From Octopus vulgaris (taxonomy: Eukaryota), in the NCBI GenBank assembly GCA_951406725.2, contig OX597818.1:74834001-74898000 (forward strand): a stretch of DNA of 64,000 bases, in the 5' to 3' direction. The translations under genes were made by a program, and so were the position numbers. Below, one piece after another: positions 27,643-41,109 of the stretch (its first letter is position 1; each line of letters opens with the position of its first letter). The notes beneath the pieces were generated by a model that worked only from the letters and a program-made list of their open reading frames with translations, searched no databases and was not told the origin of the DNA.

Positions 27643-28100
27643 CTGCTTTTTCTTGCGTCTTATTCCATATGACTTGGTTTTCCTTGCCTTATTCTTGAAA
27701 GCCATCAAGTATTTCCTCATGCCAGTATTGTCTGAAAATGCCATTTACCTCCTTCATAAATGATCTTACTAGTATCAGCTATTTTATATCCAATTAACTT
27801 ATCGTCTAAATCTTCTCTTACACACTTAAATACCAAAACCCCATAACTTAATCTATTCTTAGTTTTCTTGAACATCGTATTCATTTTCAAACCTTTGTTC
27901 TGGTCCCTTACATATTTATTCTTAAATCGATTAATCATATCTCTTCGTTTTCGTCGTTTTCTATTGACATTTTCAAATATATTTACTTCTTTATGTAAAA
28001 CAGTTATTTTTGCACACATTCATCTTTCTCAATTTCAATTCGACATAATTTCCAATTCTTTGTCTTTTAGGTCATCCTTTATGAAATTCACTTACGTTAT
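26750..28100 (-). mobile_element. Probable decayed LINE 3' region split by microsatellites
   Basis: K/R-rich minus-strand ORF pieces and LNALIN/KWKFD segments; no diagnostic motif. Confidence 0.25.
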
Positions 28101-28173
28101 TTACCGAATCTATATACATACATACAGACAGAGAGACAGAGTCAGAGACACACAGACGCACAGACAGAGAGAC

Positions 28174-28248
<75 letters not shown>

Positions 28249-28261
28249 CACACCAATATGC

Positions 28262-28332
<71 letters not shown>

Positions 28333-28589
28333 GGCACATTTAGTCATTTAACTGCGGTCATGTCGAGGCACCGTCTTTAACAATTTTAGTCGATCTTATC
28401 GATTCCAGTACTTATTTAATTCTTTCTGATTGGAGTCGCTAAAATAGCATTCGACATAACTGGACGCAGTTCAATACACTGAACCAGTTCATATATGCAA
28501 AACTGTGATGCGCGTATTTACATGTGCATATGCGATGCATTATGTGCATTTTCCCTGAGCAACTTCCCAAAAATTGGTATAAGCGAAAC

Positions 28590-29440
28590 TTGGAATAATT
28601 ATTAGTCCTTAATTATTAGTCCACCAATGGTAAGACACTTCTCCTATCTCTTTATGCAGATGTGAAGATCTTATCTGTAGAAGCCGATATGTTACGTCTA
28701 GGGCCAAAATATTACCTCGGTAATAAGCTCATCATCCGAAAAGTGTCTCCCCTTCAAAAAGAAAAGAAAAAGAATTCATCGTTGGACAGTGATAGAAATC
28801 AGATGGTGCGTGGTTGGGAGAGTAAGATTGATTAATGAGGAAGAATTTCATAGCCGCAGGAGTGTGCTTTTATTTCGCAACATGCACATTGTGAACTGCG
28901 GCGGACTCCTTTGATCAGAATGCCACGCATCTCTACTTTGATGGCGTCCTAAAATTTATGCAGCAGATACGCATAATATGCCCTGTTAATTGTACCCTTT
29001 GTCAGAAAATCCATCCTCACTACTCTGCACTGGTTCCAAAGGACTGTGAGCATCACCTTGCTTGCTGAAGTTTGGACACGAGCTTTCTTTGGAAGTAGTG
29101 AGTTATCATGGTTTCACTGCTTCGACTGGACTTTAGACTCAGAATAATAGTTGTGGACCCATGTTTCATCCTGTATGGTAGGTCTGCCGAAAAAGTCCTC
29201 CTCGTTTTCTTGGCACATTATTAAAAGAGCCTAAGAGCAATTGACTCGTTCCTGCTTCTTATAAGGTGTGAGCATCTAGAGAATCAATCGGGCAGACAAT
29301 TTACGCGTGTGAAAATTGTCGTGAATAGTTTTTCCCACGGATCCAACACTTACCTTCAGAATAGTTATGCGGTGATCTTTCAAAATGGCAACTTCCACTT
29401 TATGGATGGTGTCGCCAATCTGTTGAGTACCTTTTTGTTT
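28590..29440 (-). mobile_element. Mariner transposase relic
   Basis: QDETWVHNYYSESK near 29140-29173; LKGRHF at about 28745-28760. Confidence 0.8.
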
Positions 29441-29532
29441 GGTTTATCCACTCACACGTACATATGTGAGTGTGTTTGTGTGTATATATTAACCAATATT
29501 TCCCCCCTTATATTTTCACTGTCCCTTCCCTT

Positions 29533-29621
<89 letters not shown>

Positions 29622-29629
29622 CATAGCAC

Positions 29630-30180
29630 TGTCTGAAGGCGACCAGCTTTGTGATAAATCTGATCGGCTCATCATGATAAGGTTGCAGGTTCACTTTCTA
29701 GAACGAGAAGGACCTTATGCTCTTGCGTAAATCATTCCATTTCACGTTGCTCCAATGAAGACAGCTGTAAAATTGTAACAGACAAATACTGGTGCATCTC
29801 GCTCACCCTTTAGTTGTCCCTCCTTGGAAACTCCTGCGTCCCGCGGTTCACAAAGTCCAGAAAATATGTGTGTCTACTCGCGACTAAACAGGCACCTAAA
29901 ACCGTTTGCGATAACGTCGTACATATTATCATCTCATGTATACTCACAAATCACGGTGAGTGTACCGTATGTCACCTGTGGTTGCAAGTCAGATTATTTT
30001 GCTAACGGTTAAACTTACATTTAGAAGACATTATCACGTGTTCTAACAATGATTATTTCACTGTTTTATAAAACAAGATAAACTTCTGCACAGTTTCCAT
30101 CAATATTATAAAATCAAACATCCTGCTTTGTTTGATCGGTAAGATATTATTCCATACATAATTTCCCTTTTTGCCTCAAA
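29630..30180 (+). pseudogene. TLR-like relic: LRRCT, TM and start of TIR
   Basis: SLLGNSCV...KYVCLLA...VCDNVVHIIISCILT...VCHLWL, then LLCLIG with a shift into DIIP (like TIR box 2 LCLxxRDFxPG). Confidence 0.4.
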
Positions 30181-30362
30181 CAGGCACAGGCGTGACGACA
30201 TGGTAAGACGTTTGCTTCACAACCAAATGGTTCCGGGTTCCATCCCCTTGCATGATGGCACATCGAGCAAGTGTTTTCTACAACTGTTTCGTGCCGACCA
30301 ACGCCTTGTAAGCAAATTGTAAGCAAAAGACACTAAAATTCGGCGTACGTACACAAACACAA

Positions 30363-30448
<86 letters not shown>

Positions 30449-30454
30449 ATATAT

Positions 30455-30685
30455 ATATAAATAGTTAATCCAAACAAGAAAACACAGAAAAAAAGAGAAA
30501 AAAATGAGAAAAAAACACAGCAACGCAGGACATGGAACAATTAAAGTATTATTGACGCTCAGGAAAGAAGGGAAGGAGGGTTTAACGTTTCGAGCGGAGC
30601 TCTTCGTCGGAAACAAGGAGAAGGAAAGATCCCAAGGAGGGAAGACAGAGGAGAAAATATTTGAGCTGGTAGTGCTCAAGAGATA
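30455..30685 (-). mobile_element. Solo PLE terminal-repeat-like unit with a minimal HHR, between TA tracts
   Basis: Contains the HHR motif at 30580-30614; pyrimidine-rich minus-strand tail runs into (TA)n. Confidence 0.6.
30580..30614 (-). ncRNA. Minimal type I hammerhead motif (CCGACGA variant)
   Basis: Minus strand GTTT-CCGACGA-A-GAGC-TCC-GCTC-GAAAC-GTT-AAAC. Stems I and II pair; palindromic AACGTT replaces stem III. Confidence 0.75.
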
Positions 30686-30708
30686 TATATACATAGATAT
30701 ATACACAG

Positions 30709-30985
30709 GTACCCTCCGAGGCCCCAGTCCGGACAAGGCTGTTTAAAGAAGACAAGCAATCCCCAGTTTAAACCAGCCTTCCCGTTGTTCGCCACCAATG
30801 TTATCCAAGTGAAAGGCAAAGGCCGATGCAGTATCACACCAATGACGTGGCAACTCATTTTTACATGTGAGTGGATTGGAGTACCGTGAAATAATGTTTT
30901 ACTCAAGAACACAACACACAATCCGGTTCAGGTATCGAATTCACTTCCTTATAATTGTGAGCTTGATGTTCTAACCACTGAATTA
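30709..30985 (-). mobile_element. SINE family C (tRNA head, CORE-like block)
   Basis: Minus strand TCAGTGGTTAGAACA..TTCGATACC head, then TGTGTTCTTGAGTAAAACATT. Confidence 0.6.
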
Positions 30986-31014
30986 TGCATACATACATGT
31001 ATTTGTGTGTGGGT

Positions 31015-31054
<40 letters not shown>

Positions 31055-31790
31055 ATGAGTGTGTGTTCATGTTCGTCCCAACCACTTGACAACTGAAATT
31101 GTTTGTTTACCAGCCTCTAACGTAGTGGTTTGTCTGAGAGACCAATAGAATGAATACTAGGCTTAAAAGTCGATTCGTTCGATACAACACTTCTAGACGG
31201 TACTCTATAACGGCTGCAAGCTAATGACTAAAACGAGTAAACGATAAATGATACAATGATCCATGTATAGATGCGCATCCTCGTGTTCTCTGAAAAGTTA
31301 ATGTAGCGGGATATATTATGATCAAAACATTTAATCTCCGTCCAACAAGAACTAGTGATAATTAACGAATGCTGTAATAATGACCTTCTATTCTTCATCA
31401 TGAGGTGCGTTTGATTTACGTTTCCTCTGTCAACTTCGTGTTACGCTGTTATACTTTAGCATTTGATGTTCAGTGGCTGAGATTATGCATATAAATATAA
31501 CTTGCAACTCTTGTTTCTTTGTCCAATAATCTATAAAGGAATTCGTCTTGAAGTTGATTAGATTATAATTTCAAGTTGTTTATTGGAGAAAACCAAATTA
31601 ACTTTAACGTCTTTTAACAGTCACGAAGTATTAAAGAGAAAATCAATATTCTTCATCAAAGTCTATATATGTGCATATATACATATAATGTATATCCGTG
31701 TATACACACATACACGCACGCATGCACACACAAACACACACACATGCACACACACAAACGCACAGAAACACACACACACGCGCGCGCGCG

Positions 31791-31822
<32 letters not shown>

Positions 31823-31827
31823 CATTA

Positions 31828-31992
31828 CTTTATTTTAAGCAGCAGAAAATTCAACAAAATCTGTTACTCTGAGTTTCTCGTTGCCGTTCATCAGACAGTT
31901 TTTGCTAGATTCTAGCAAAAACTGTCTGATGAACGGCAACGAGAAACTCAGAGTAACAGATTTTGTTGAATTTTCTGCTGCTTAAAATAAAG
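31828..31992. repeat. Perfect inverted repeat, 82-bp arms, 1-nt spacer
   Basis: 31828-31909 is the exact reverse complement of 31911-31992; the unit continues to 32063 and is flanked by TA tracts. Confidence 0.95.
31922..31959 (+). ncRNA. Minimal type I hammerhead ribozyme (mirrored on the minus strand)
   Basis: CTGT-CTGATGA-a-CG-GCAA-CG-a-GAAAC-TCAGA-GTA-ACAG; stem I CTGT/ACAG, predicted GUA cleavage triplet. Confidence 0.8.
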
Positions 31993-32081
31993 CATATTAC
32001 TCTACCACTGGTATTTGAGTACTCTTTTTTCCACCTTGTTTCACATTTATGTGTTTACTCCGGTATATATATATACATACA

Positions 32082-32311
32082 GGCGGCGAGCTGGCAGAAA
32101 CGTTAGCGCGCTGGGCGAAATGCTTAGCGGTATTTCGTCCGTCCTTACGTTCTGAGTTCAAATTCCGTCGAGGTCGACTTTGCCTTTCATCCTTTCGGGG
32201 TCAATAAATTAAGTACCAGTTACGCACTGGGGTTGATGTAATCAGCTTATTCCCTTTGTCTGTCCTTGTTTGTCCTCTCTATGTTTAGCCCCTTGTGGGC
32301 AGTAAAGAAAT
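32082..32311 (+). mobile_element. SINE family B, full length
   Basis: GGCGGCGAGCTGGCAGAA head, GAGTTCAAATTCC B-box, GGTCGACTTTGCCTTTCATCCTTTCGGGGTCAATAAATTAAGTACCAG core. Confidence 0.88.
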
Positions 32312-32329
32312 ACATATATATATATAATT

Positions 32330-34900
32330 TTGCTATTATGTTAAACCGTCGCATGTCCAAGTTTGGGCAAATGCGTTTTTTCAATATTTATTTTTGCTTG
32401 TAATAGCCGGTTCATTTGGTCAATGTATCACCAGCTGCTTCAGATGCCTAGTTATTAAAAATCGTCAAAGCGTAGTACAACGCTTTTTCTGGAAAGGTGA
32501 CGTTTTGGACTTGCTACACTTTTGCATAATAGCAACGATATATATTTCTTCATTTATGTAATAAGGCTACCATTGGTTTCATCCTATGAACAATATCCTA
32601 ATATCTTAATAATTTTCAAGCCGGTCACAGGAAATGGTGTTCCTCTCCATTGTGAATAGAAACACAGTCTCGTTGAATTCACGGAGATTCTTGTAAAAAA
32701 GAAACAGTAAATCAAGGAGCACTACTTTTTAGAGTGGTTATCTCCTTTGGATTGATTTTGAGCAAGCAGTCATGTTGGATGGTAAATTTGTTTGCATTAT
32801 CTTATATTCTGGTTGTATGTGATATTCGTATGCTTGCGTGCTGACGTAGTTTCTCATGTGGAGTTCGTGTGTTATGTATTTTCAAATTTCGTGTTCAAGA
32901 AAGGAGCTATCCTGATAGGATTAACGGCGCAGGTGTTTGAAATATTGCTTCTGTATATAGGGAAAGAAGATTTTATCCCTAATATATAGAGGATGTTATC
33001 TATTGACTGTACGTTATTTGATGTTTCAGTTGTTCAGAGTTCATATGCGGTAGCCCATCCTCCGTATTTTCTGGTTTTATCAATGATGTTCTATTTTCTC
33101 TGGGAGTTCTTTATTCCACCTACTTTCAATGTGCATATCATATTGGATAGAAATAATTGAGTGTTTATTTGTTGTTGTTTTTTTACTTTTGTCTATAAAT
33201 AACAAGTTGTGTGTACTTTTCCTTGAACGAGTTGCCCGTCGCTCCGATATATGTCTTTTATATTCCGTTGGAATCTGTGATATTTTCTTTGGATACAGTT
33301 TCTTTTCCGAAACAGTTCTTGTTTAGAGGGCAGCGATTTGGGGATGTGTAGTTGCATTGATTTCGGGAGTGTTTCTGGTGTCTTTATTTTTATTGTGGTT
33401 GAGTATTATTGAGCCTTTATTCGGGAAGGAAACTTTAGTTAACTTTAACAGTGTTTATGTTGAAGATCTTGTGGCTTAAATGTGAATGTGGGAAGTAGTT
33501 GTCTATTAATTTTAAGACATTCTAAGCTATGTTAGTAGCTACATTCTTGCTTAAGGTGGATTAAACCATAAGATTTTCCTCTGTCTGTGACTTATTGATC
33601 TGTTTGTATTTCGTTCAATGTAATTTATGTTATTCTTAAAGTTAAACCTTTCTAATGCAGTATTATGGTATGGGGCAGCTTTTTCAAAAGTGTCTTTATC
33701 GGCAGTTAAACTGGAGACGCGCCAGCTAATATTGTTGAGTAGTTGTTTAATGATTGCTGGTTTGGATCCTATGTCTGTGTGCGAGGCTTCCTTATTCGTG
33801 TTATGGTAAGGTTTAATTTTGCCTATGCTTACCATATGTTGATATCTACGATGTTGACCTCCTTAAGGTTGGTACTAACTGCAATACTTGGACCTAACTG
33901 GCTAAATATTTTGCATATTTTTTTCTTCATTCTATCCATATCGTCTCTATTTTTACTATGTACTACTCGTATGACACCGTCCCTATATAAACCTATGTTA
34001 GGTTTTTTATACTTTTCCTACGATATCTAAGGTATAGAGGCCTACAAGGTCAGCTATCCCTGCACCATCATAGCTCCCCATTGCCACATCAAATAATTCT
34101 TCCCCTTTCTTGTTTACCCAATAGTAATTATTATGAAAATGTAATGACTTCCTTGCTTTCATAATTATATCTATGTCAGCGTTTGTTATAGTAACAGATG
34201 CCTTGCTAAATTCAAGTGCCTTCTGAAACAAGCTTTTGGAGATTGATGGGTAAAAGTCTACGGTATCAAATTGGATAAATTTGTATTTGGGTTGATCTTC
34301 TATTTTCGTAAACTATTCAATAGTTGCACAACTGCATATCCATTTAGTAAGGTTTGAATATGCTCTGATAGGGCATTTTCGTTAAATTTTACATTTCTAA
34401 CTAATTTTATAAGGTCGTCTTCAAATTTTTCTAGGTCTTTAATATGTGTGGGATTTTTATTTGAAACTGTAATTGACCTCTGAATGAGGGCTTTACGTAC
34501 ATTTATCGAATAAGTAGACCTTCCATGTCATTCCCCTCAGAATATATGTTTTTTTGTTTTTGTCAATAAGATACTGATGTACACTTGCGTTCCTGGAATA
34601 GGAATACTGGGCAGACTGTCAAATAAATCATCCAACAGTAATGTTTGATGGTAAATTCAACTGTTTGCTCAACATTTAAGTCCCAGGGCGATAACTACTC
34701 ACAAGATGTCAGGGTTCAAGAGTAGTACTCCTTGATTTATAGTTGTCTTTACGAGAATCTCCACAAACTGAACTTGACTTTGTGTTTTTATCCAAAACGA
34801 ATACGAGCATCATTCCTCCATGAGATCGGCTTGAAAAATTGTTAAGATGTTAAAACAATTTTCATAGCATGAAATTAATGGCAGCCTTAATATACGAATA
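32330..34900 (-). mobile_element. Penelope-like retroelement (RT plus C-terminal GIY-YIG), decayed, with an inverted terminal copy
   Basis: FIQFDTVDFYPSI, FDVAMGSYDGAGIADLVG, GLYRDG, KILWFNPP, HKIFNINTVKV and CNY...CPL; 34750-34885(+) is an inverted homolog of 32570-32700. Confidence 0.88.
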
Positions 34901-35004
34901 AAGAAACTTTATCCACCAGTGCTCTGTTAAGCACTCATTTTCGTTTGACATTTATGCATGTATGTAAACACACACACACACATACACACACACACACACA
35001 CACA

Positions 35005-35635
35005 AACGATCTCGTGGAAACTTGACAGGTGTAGGTCCTGCGGAAACCCATGCAGTCATTTACGCACTTGAAATTTCGAAAATATCGATAATTTTTAATC
35101 AGCATCGATATTTAAAAAGTCAATAGAACATTTCAATGCAAATTTTCATATGAAAGTTATTTTCTGCCATAACTTTTAAAGTTTCAACCGATCTTCTTGA
35201 AATTTTATACACAGATGGAATATGCACTAAGGATAGGTTGAGACAAATGAATTTTTACCAAGGGAACTTAAGCAAATAAGATGATTTTTTATTAACTCAT
35301 TAATGAAATTTGGCTTAAATTGTTGTACGATTAAATTGTTCGTCAATTATTTCAGCACTCTCCGATGCTGTAACGTATTTTCTTAACACCTTCACTTAAA
35401 AGTATCGATAATAAACGTTGCCACGTTGTGTGCTAAACATGTAACATGTATTTTCTTAACATCTGCACTTGAAATTGTCGGTACTAACCGTTACAATCGA
35501 CATTTGATTCTCATGATCAGTGGAACTATATCCATGAAACAGTCGTCAACTGTATTTTTATATAATTTTTATGATGAAAAATGCGAGCGATGTATAAGTA
35601 CGCAGGCAAAGCAGAGTTATAACAGAGTAATTTCC
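35005..35635 (+). mobile_element. Possible non-autonomous Helitron-like element
   Basis: TTTCAACCGATCTTCTTGAAATTTT motif common in such elements and a decayed 3' hairpin-like end near 35600-35630. Confidence 0.3.
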
Positions 35636-35678
35636 CTTCATTTTTAACGGTATTTTTTCATAACGTTTTCAAATAGCC

Positions 35679-35741
35679 AGATAACCGATGAGATGATGTT
35701 GTGGATTTCCACTTCGGCATCTGAAACTCAGAGTTTTATCT
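35679..35741 (+). ncRNA. Type I hammerhead motif (CCGATGA variant) in a solo unit ending at 35840
   Basis: AGATAA-CCGATGA-GATG..TGGA..TCCA..CATCt-GAAAC-TCAGA-GTT-TTATCT with 6-bp stem I; 35690-35840 is almost identical to 58429-58579. Confidence 0.75.
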
Positions 35742-35837
35742 TGACTACCGAGTAATGTAACATATTGTATAGATAAATTTCCTCTATTTACATAATATTG
35801 AGGTCTCTTTCTTTCTTTTGTTATCTTACCGTTTTAT

Positions 35838-35913
<76 letters not shown>

Positions 35914-36859
35914 TTATATAATCAATAATAACAAAGGGTAAAATTAATAAATTAACTAGTAATCAATAATTTCACCAAGTAGAATTCGGCATGAAAAGAG
36001 ACCATTTATCGGTGTATATATATAAACATATATATACATACAGCGGGCTTCTTTTAGTTTTTATCCTTTAAATCCACTTACAAGGTTTTGATCGTCCCGA
36101 GACCATGGTAGAAGATACTTGCCCAACATACCACGCAGTGAGACAGAACCCGGAACCATATGGTCGGGAAGCCAGCTTCTTATAACACAGCCACTTCTGC
36201 GACTATTCACAGTTCGTTAAGTAAAAATAGTTCGGTCAGAAAAATCCCCCCTGTCCATCCAGCATCCAGGTTTCTGCTGACATTTCTGTTCTGTTATTAA
36301 GGCTTGACATGCATCCATTTTTCCTCGAACTCTACCACAAATTGGCGTAGCTTCTGTGGATTGACATGCTGGTGATCCTAATTCAGATCACCCTATGTAC
36401 GCTCGTACATGTGACTGTGGCCACTGTAAGACACTGCGTTCGTTACTGAAGATGGCTCTCATCGTTCAATGCCGTTCATCCTAGGATATATAAACTAGTG
36501 TGAGCCACACAGTTCAGAGTATTTATAAATTTGTACTTGATTTTCCTTGATATGACTTTAAACTGCATCATGCAAAAGCACCCTCTTCGGGAGTTCCAGA
36601 TTATTGAGGAGTGTGGAACAATCGCTTAGCCAATGTTGTTCTTAGATCTACCCTCTAACATATGTCAGGGTCCCAACTTTGAGTTAAATAGCATGTAACC
36701 ACGAGGGTCAGAGTATATTGAAATCTTCGGATGCAGTATTTTGGGTGTGAGGTATTTCGGCACATGAACTTGTAAGCGGAATAATACATTCTGAACAAAT
36801 GATAATGATGAGGAGGTGGAGGGAGAGGCAAACGATGACGATTAGGATTGCAAATCGCA

Positions 36860-38760
36860 AAAAGCAGTGCAAGATCAAAGGCTTTGCTAGGCCATATGAT
36901 AATAGAGTGGATGGCAAAGAAATTCAGAAACCTAGAGAAATATTACTACTTAGCCAGAGAGAAGAAATTATGAAATACAAAGGTAATAATATTTCCAGTA
37001 GTAATTGATGCACTTGACACTGCGTCAAAACTACTACCAACCCTAAGAAGCTAAAAAATATTGAAATTGGAACTCGCAATATCAACCTAAAGGAAAGTGC
37101 AACCTTGTACCGTGCAAATGTTTCTTCCAAGGAGATAGCAAGTCACCATTGTTTTTTGTAATGTGTATAATATAGCTGTCTTTTTATTTTGCGAAAAATG
37201 AAAGCTGGATATGAGTTCAGGAATAGAAAATATAAAAAGAATCTCTTTTCTTAGGATGACCTGAAACTTTGGAAAAGATAAAAACCAGCTTCATTCATTA
37301 ATTGAAACAGTAAATGGCATTAACGAGAACATGTGGATGATATTTTGGCCGAAAAAAAGTGTGAAGTATTTATTCTAAAAATATGTAATGTCCAACAAGT
37401 GGGCGGTGTGAAGTTGCCTGCGAGAGTAGTAATGAAGAGAATAGTCAAGAAGGATACAGGTATTTGAGGGTATTGCAAGGAATCGAATTCATGAATGAGC
37501 AAACGAAGAAAATATTCTCTCTGGGGTTTTAAAAAAGGCTAAAATAGATTTTAAAAGCTAAACTGAATGGGAGGAATAAATTCAAAGTGATAAATTCATC
37601 GGCAAGTTCTCTCTTTTGAGATATGAGATATGAAGCAGGAGTGATAAGACGGCGAACATAGAAACTACCGTACTTTGATAAGAAAACAAAATACTGCTGA
37701 CAGTAAACGGTACCTTCCATCCGAGACATGATGTCCACAGGCTACACCTTACGATAAAGAAAGGAAGAAGGGTGAAGATAAATTTTGCGCTTTGTATTCA
37801 GACCGAGAAAAGTAATATTTCTTGGTATATAAAGGAATGCAAAGGAAGCATTACTAAACAAGTTAGGAATGCAACTCTATTACATACGGAAAGCAGTCTC
37901 GACAAAATAACTTATAACTTAAAGACAGAAACAAAGAATGAAAACAACTGGAAGGGTAAGTGGATGCCCAGTCAGTTCTTGAGAGACAAACTAAGATGCA
38001 CAGACCCGGACAAAAGATGGCTCCGATTACAAAACAGTGATCTGGAACCTAAAAGAGAGGCCTTGATAAGTGCAGCACAGAAACAAACCGAGAAAACAAA
38101 CTCCATCAATGAGAAATTTTATCAGTGAGAAGAATCTGACAAATACAGACTGTGGTGAAACGGGAGAGACAATGTGGTATGTTTTATACGAATGTAACTT
38201 ATTGATCCACGAAGAATACAACAGGAGGCATACCAATGTCAGGCGAAGGATTCACTCGGAATTATGCAAGTAGTTTGGATTGGAGAGCACGAAGAAATGG
38301 TATAACCTTGAGCCAATTGGTGTGATAGAAATTATCAGAGTAATGATCCTTTGGGACTTAATGACCCACTATGATCACCGAACTGAATATCAGAAACCCG
38401 AAATTGTACTAATAGACAAAGAAAAAGCAGAACCGTATCATAGATATTACTTGCCCAATTGGCAGAAGAATTGTCAAAACAGGAGAAAAACTGACGCGAC
38501 ATGAAGCTCTGAGGAGAGAAATAAAAAAGCGCTCTAGTCAATAAAAAAGTGTGTTATTCCAGTAATTGTTTGTACTCTAGGTACATTTAGCATACAAAAT
38601 TGGGTGGAAATGAGAGGAATAAAAATAAAAATAGAACATATCTCGAAAACAGTACTAGTTGGCATTACAAAGGGTCCGCGCAAAGTTCTCGAATCTTGAA
38701 AAGAACGTGCCGCCTGGGTTCTCGGAAAGGGAACATCTGGTATATCCATGACACCTCCAG
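36860..38760 (+). mobile_element. Two decayed Dong/R4 fragments in tandem
   Basis: FPVVIDALD (3' end); then DDLKL, WLRLQNSDLEPKREALISAAQ, CGETGETMWYVLYEC and ILWDL...KPEIVLIDK; followed by (AAT)n. Confidence 0.75.
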
Positions 38761-38797
38761 CAACAAGTTGAGTATTTTAGAGATAATAATAATGATG

Positions 38798-38867
<70 letters not shown>

Positions 38868-38869
<2 letters not shown>

Positions 38870-39827
38870 GCAAATTATCATTATCAATGGCAAATATCCA
38901 AAGAGAGCGAATAATGCAGATGTTCACAAAGCCGTGACCCATCAATGGCTAATGGCCTCTGGCTTAAAATCTGAAACAGAAGGGTTTATCATAGCAGTTC
39001 AAGATCAATGCCTACCTACAAGAAACTACCAGGCCAACATATTGAAGAACGGCAGCAACCCAACATGTCGTGTATGCCAACAACGAAATGAAACCATTGA
39101 TCATGTTGTCTCTAAGTGCAGTCTCTTTGCGCTTACAGAGTATCTCAACAGGCATGATAGAGCTGCACAATATATTCACTGGGTAATTTGCAACAGCTTG
39201 GACTTGCCCCATGAAAAAAACTGGTGGGAACAGAAACCACCTCCAGTGCTTGAAAATGACCACATCTCACTCCTCTGGAACTTCACCATTCAAACTGACG
39301 GAAAGATAGATTCCAATAGGCTAGACATCATAGTAAAAGACTTCAGACAAAAAACATGCCTTCTCATTGATATGACTGTCCCAATCGATATAAATGTATC
39401 TGTCAAGACCTACCAGAAACTGAGCAAATATAAAGATCTTGATATAGAAATCAGCAAAATGTGGAACCTGAAGTCTAAAACAATACCTGTTATCATAGGT
39501 GCCCTGGGAAATATAGCAAAAGGGGCTGATTGCTATCTAACTCAGATACCAGGAAACCCAAAAATGGTAGAAATTCAAAAGATAGTGCTCATGTGAACTG
39601 CTCATATCCTACGCAAAATACTTTCTATGTAATCTCAAGTTTTATAACAAACATAATTCTCGTTTGTTTTTTTAGGCATTCACTAGTACAACACTAAGTA
39701 CAAAACCAAATATATGGCACCCTAGGCATAACGCCAACACGAATTTCCAACTTGTTGTCTCTTGAGGTCTCTGGGTGAGACTTGGAGCCAGCTTGTGCAA
39801 ATGTAATGTAAAAGTCAAACAGAGAAC

Positions 39828-39828
<1 letters not shown>
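38868..39828 (+). mobile_element. Dong/R4 3' fragment between (AAT)n tracts
   Basis: 220-aa ORF THQWLMASGLKSETEGFIIAVQDQ, CRVCQQRNETIDHVVSKC, NRLDII and TIPVIIGALG. Confidence 0.92.
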
Positions 39829-39898
<70 letters not shown>

Positions 39899-39945
39899 CA
39901 ATAATAATGATAATAATAATAACAATAATAATGATAATAATAATA

Positions 39946-39992
<47 letters not shown>

Positions 39993-39999
39993 AATGATG

Positions 40000-40083
<84 letters not shown>
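39828..40083. repeat. Compound (AAT)n/(GAT)n microsatellite
   Basis: Seen directly. Confidence 0.95.
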
Positions 40084-40088
<5 letters not shown>

Positions 40089-40139
40089 CAGTGTTTCAGT
40101 ATACGTAATAGTGTTGGTATTATTAAAACTCTAATGAAA

Positions 40140-40500
40140 ATGACCTTCCATCATGTGATCATTAAATAAATATCATTCTTCATAAGATATTTAGTATTGG
40201 AGCAAAATAAATAACTAATTATGGCATCATCTGTAGTAAATATTTTAGAAATATTTCTGCAAAATCTATAAAGAGCCAATTATATTAAATGAAAATCTTG
40301 AAAATCATGAAAAACATTTATTCAGTCACTCGTGTCGAAAATATTGACTCATTTCCTTCCTACATTTTTCACTGTTTCACTTTAATGCCATTACAAATTC
40401 AGAAATAGAATAGATATATTTCTTCTTGGTATTTATTTCAATACTACATATGACATTAATGTCTGACTGTCCATGGTTTTATTGGCTCACATCGTGAACG
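40140..40500 (+). pseudogene. LRR-like relic
   Basis: LVLEQNK and ENIDSFPSYIFHCFTLMPLQIQK resemble LRR repeats. Confidence 0.25.
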
Positions 40501-40701
40501 ATCAGAATTGTGCATTTATGAATAAATATATTTGCGTGTGCTTGAGTGAGTGTGTGTTTATATATGCACATGAGTATTTATTTATGTAAATACGCACACA
40601 CACATACGTACACATACATATGTGTGTGTGTTTGTGTGTGTGAATATAATATAAATGAGTGTTTGTATGCGCTTAGGGTATAATTCATAAGTATTTATAT
40701 T

Positions 40702-40745
<44 letters not shown>

Positions 40746-40771
40746 TATACTTATATATGAATATATGTGTT

Positions 40772-40814
<43 letters not shown>

Positions 40815-41031
40815 AGTCTTTTTGTTTGAGATCACTTTAATAAATGACAGAATAGTAGAGTAAAAGTTTAGATGATACATCCGTAGAGTGTTGTTTCGAA
40901 AGATACGGATATTAATACTATTTATAGCACAACTCTCCCTATATATGTACAAATACTTATATATAAATAAAACACACACCCAACACATACACTTACATAT
41001 GCACAAATATGTACAGAACCTTATATATATT

Positions 41032-41076
<45 letters not shown>

Positions 41077-41109
41077 AAATATATAGGCCACTTTGAGTTT
41101 AAATATACG

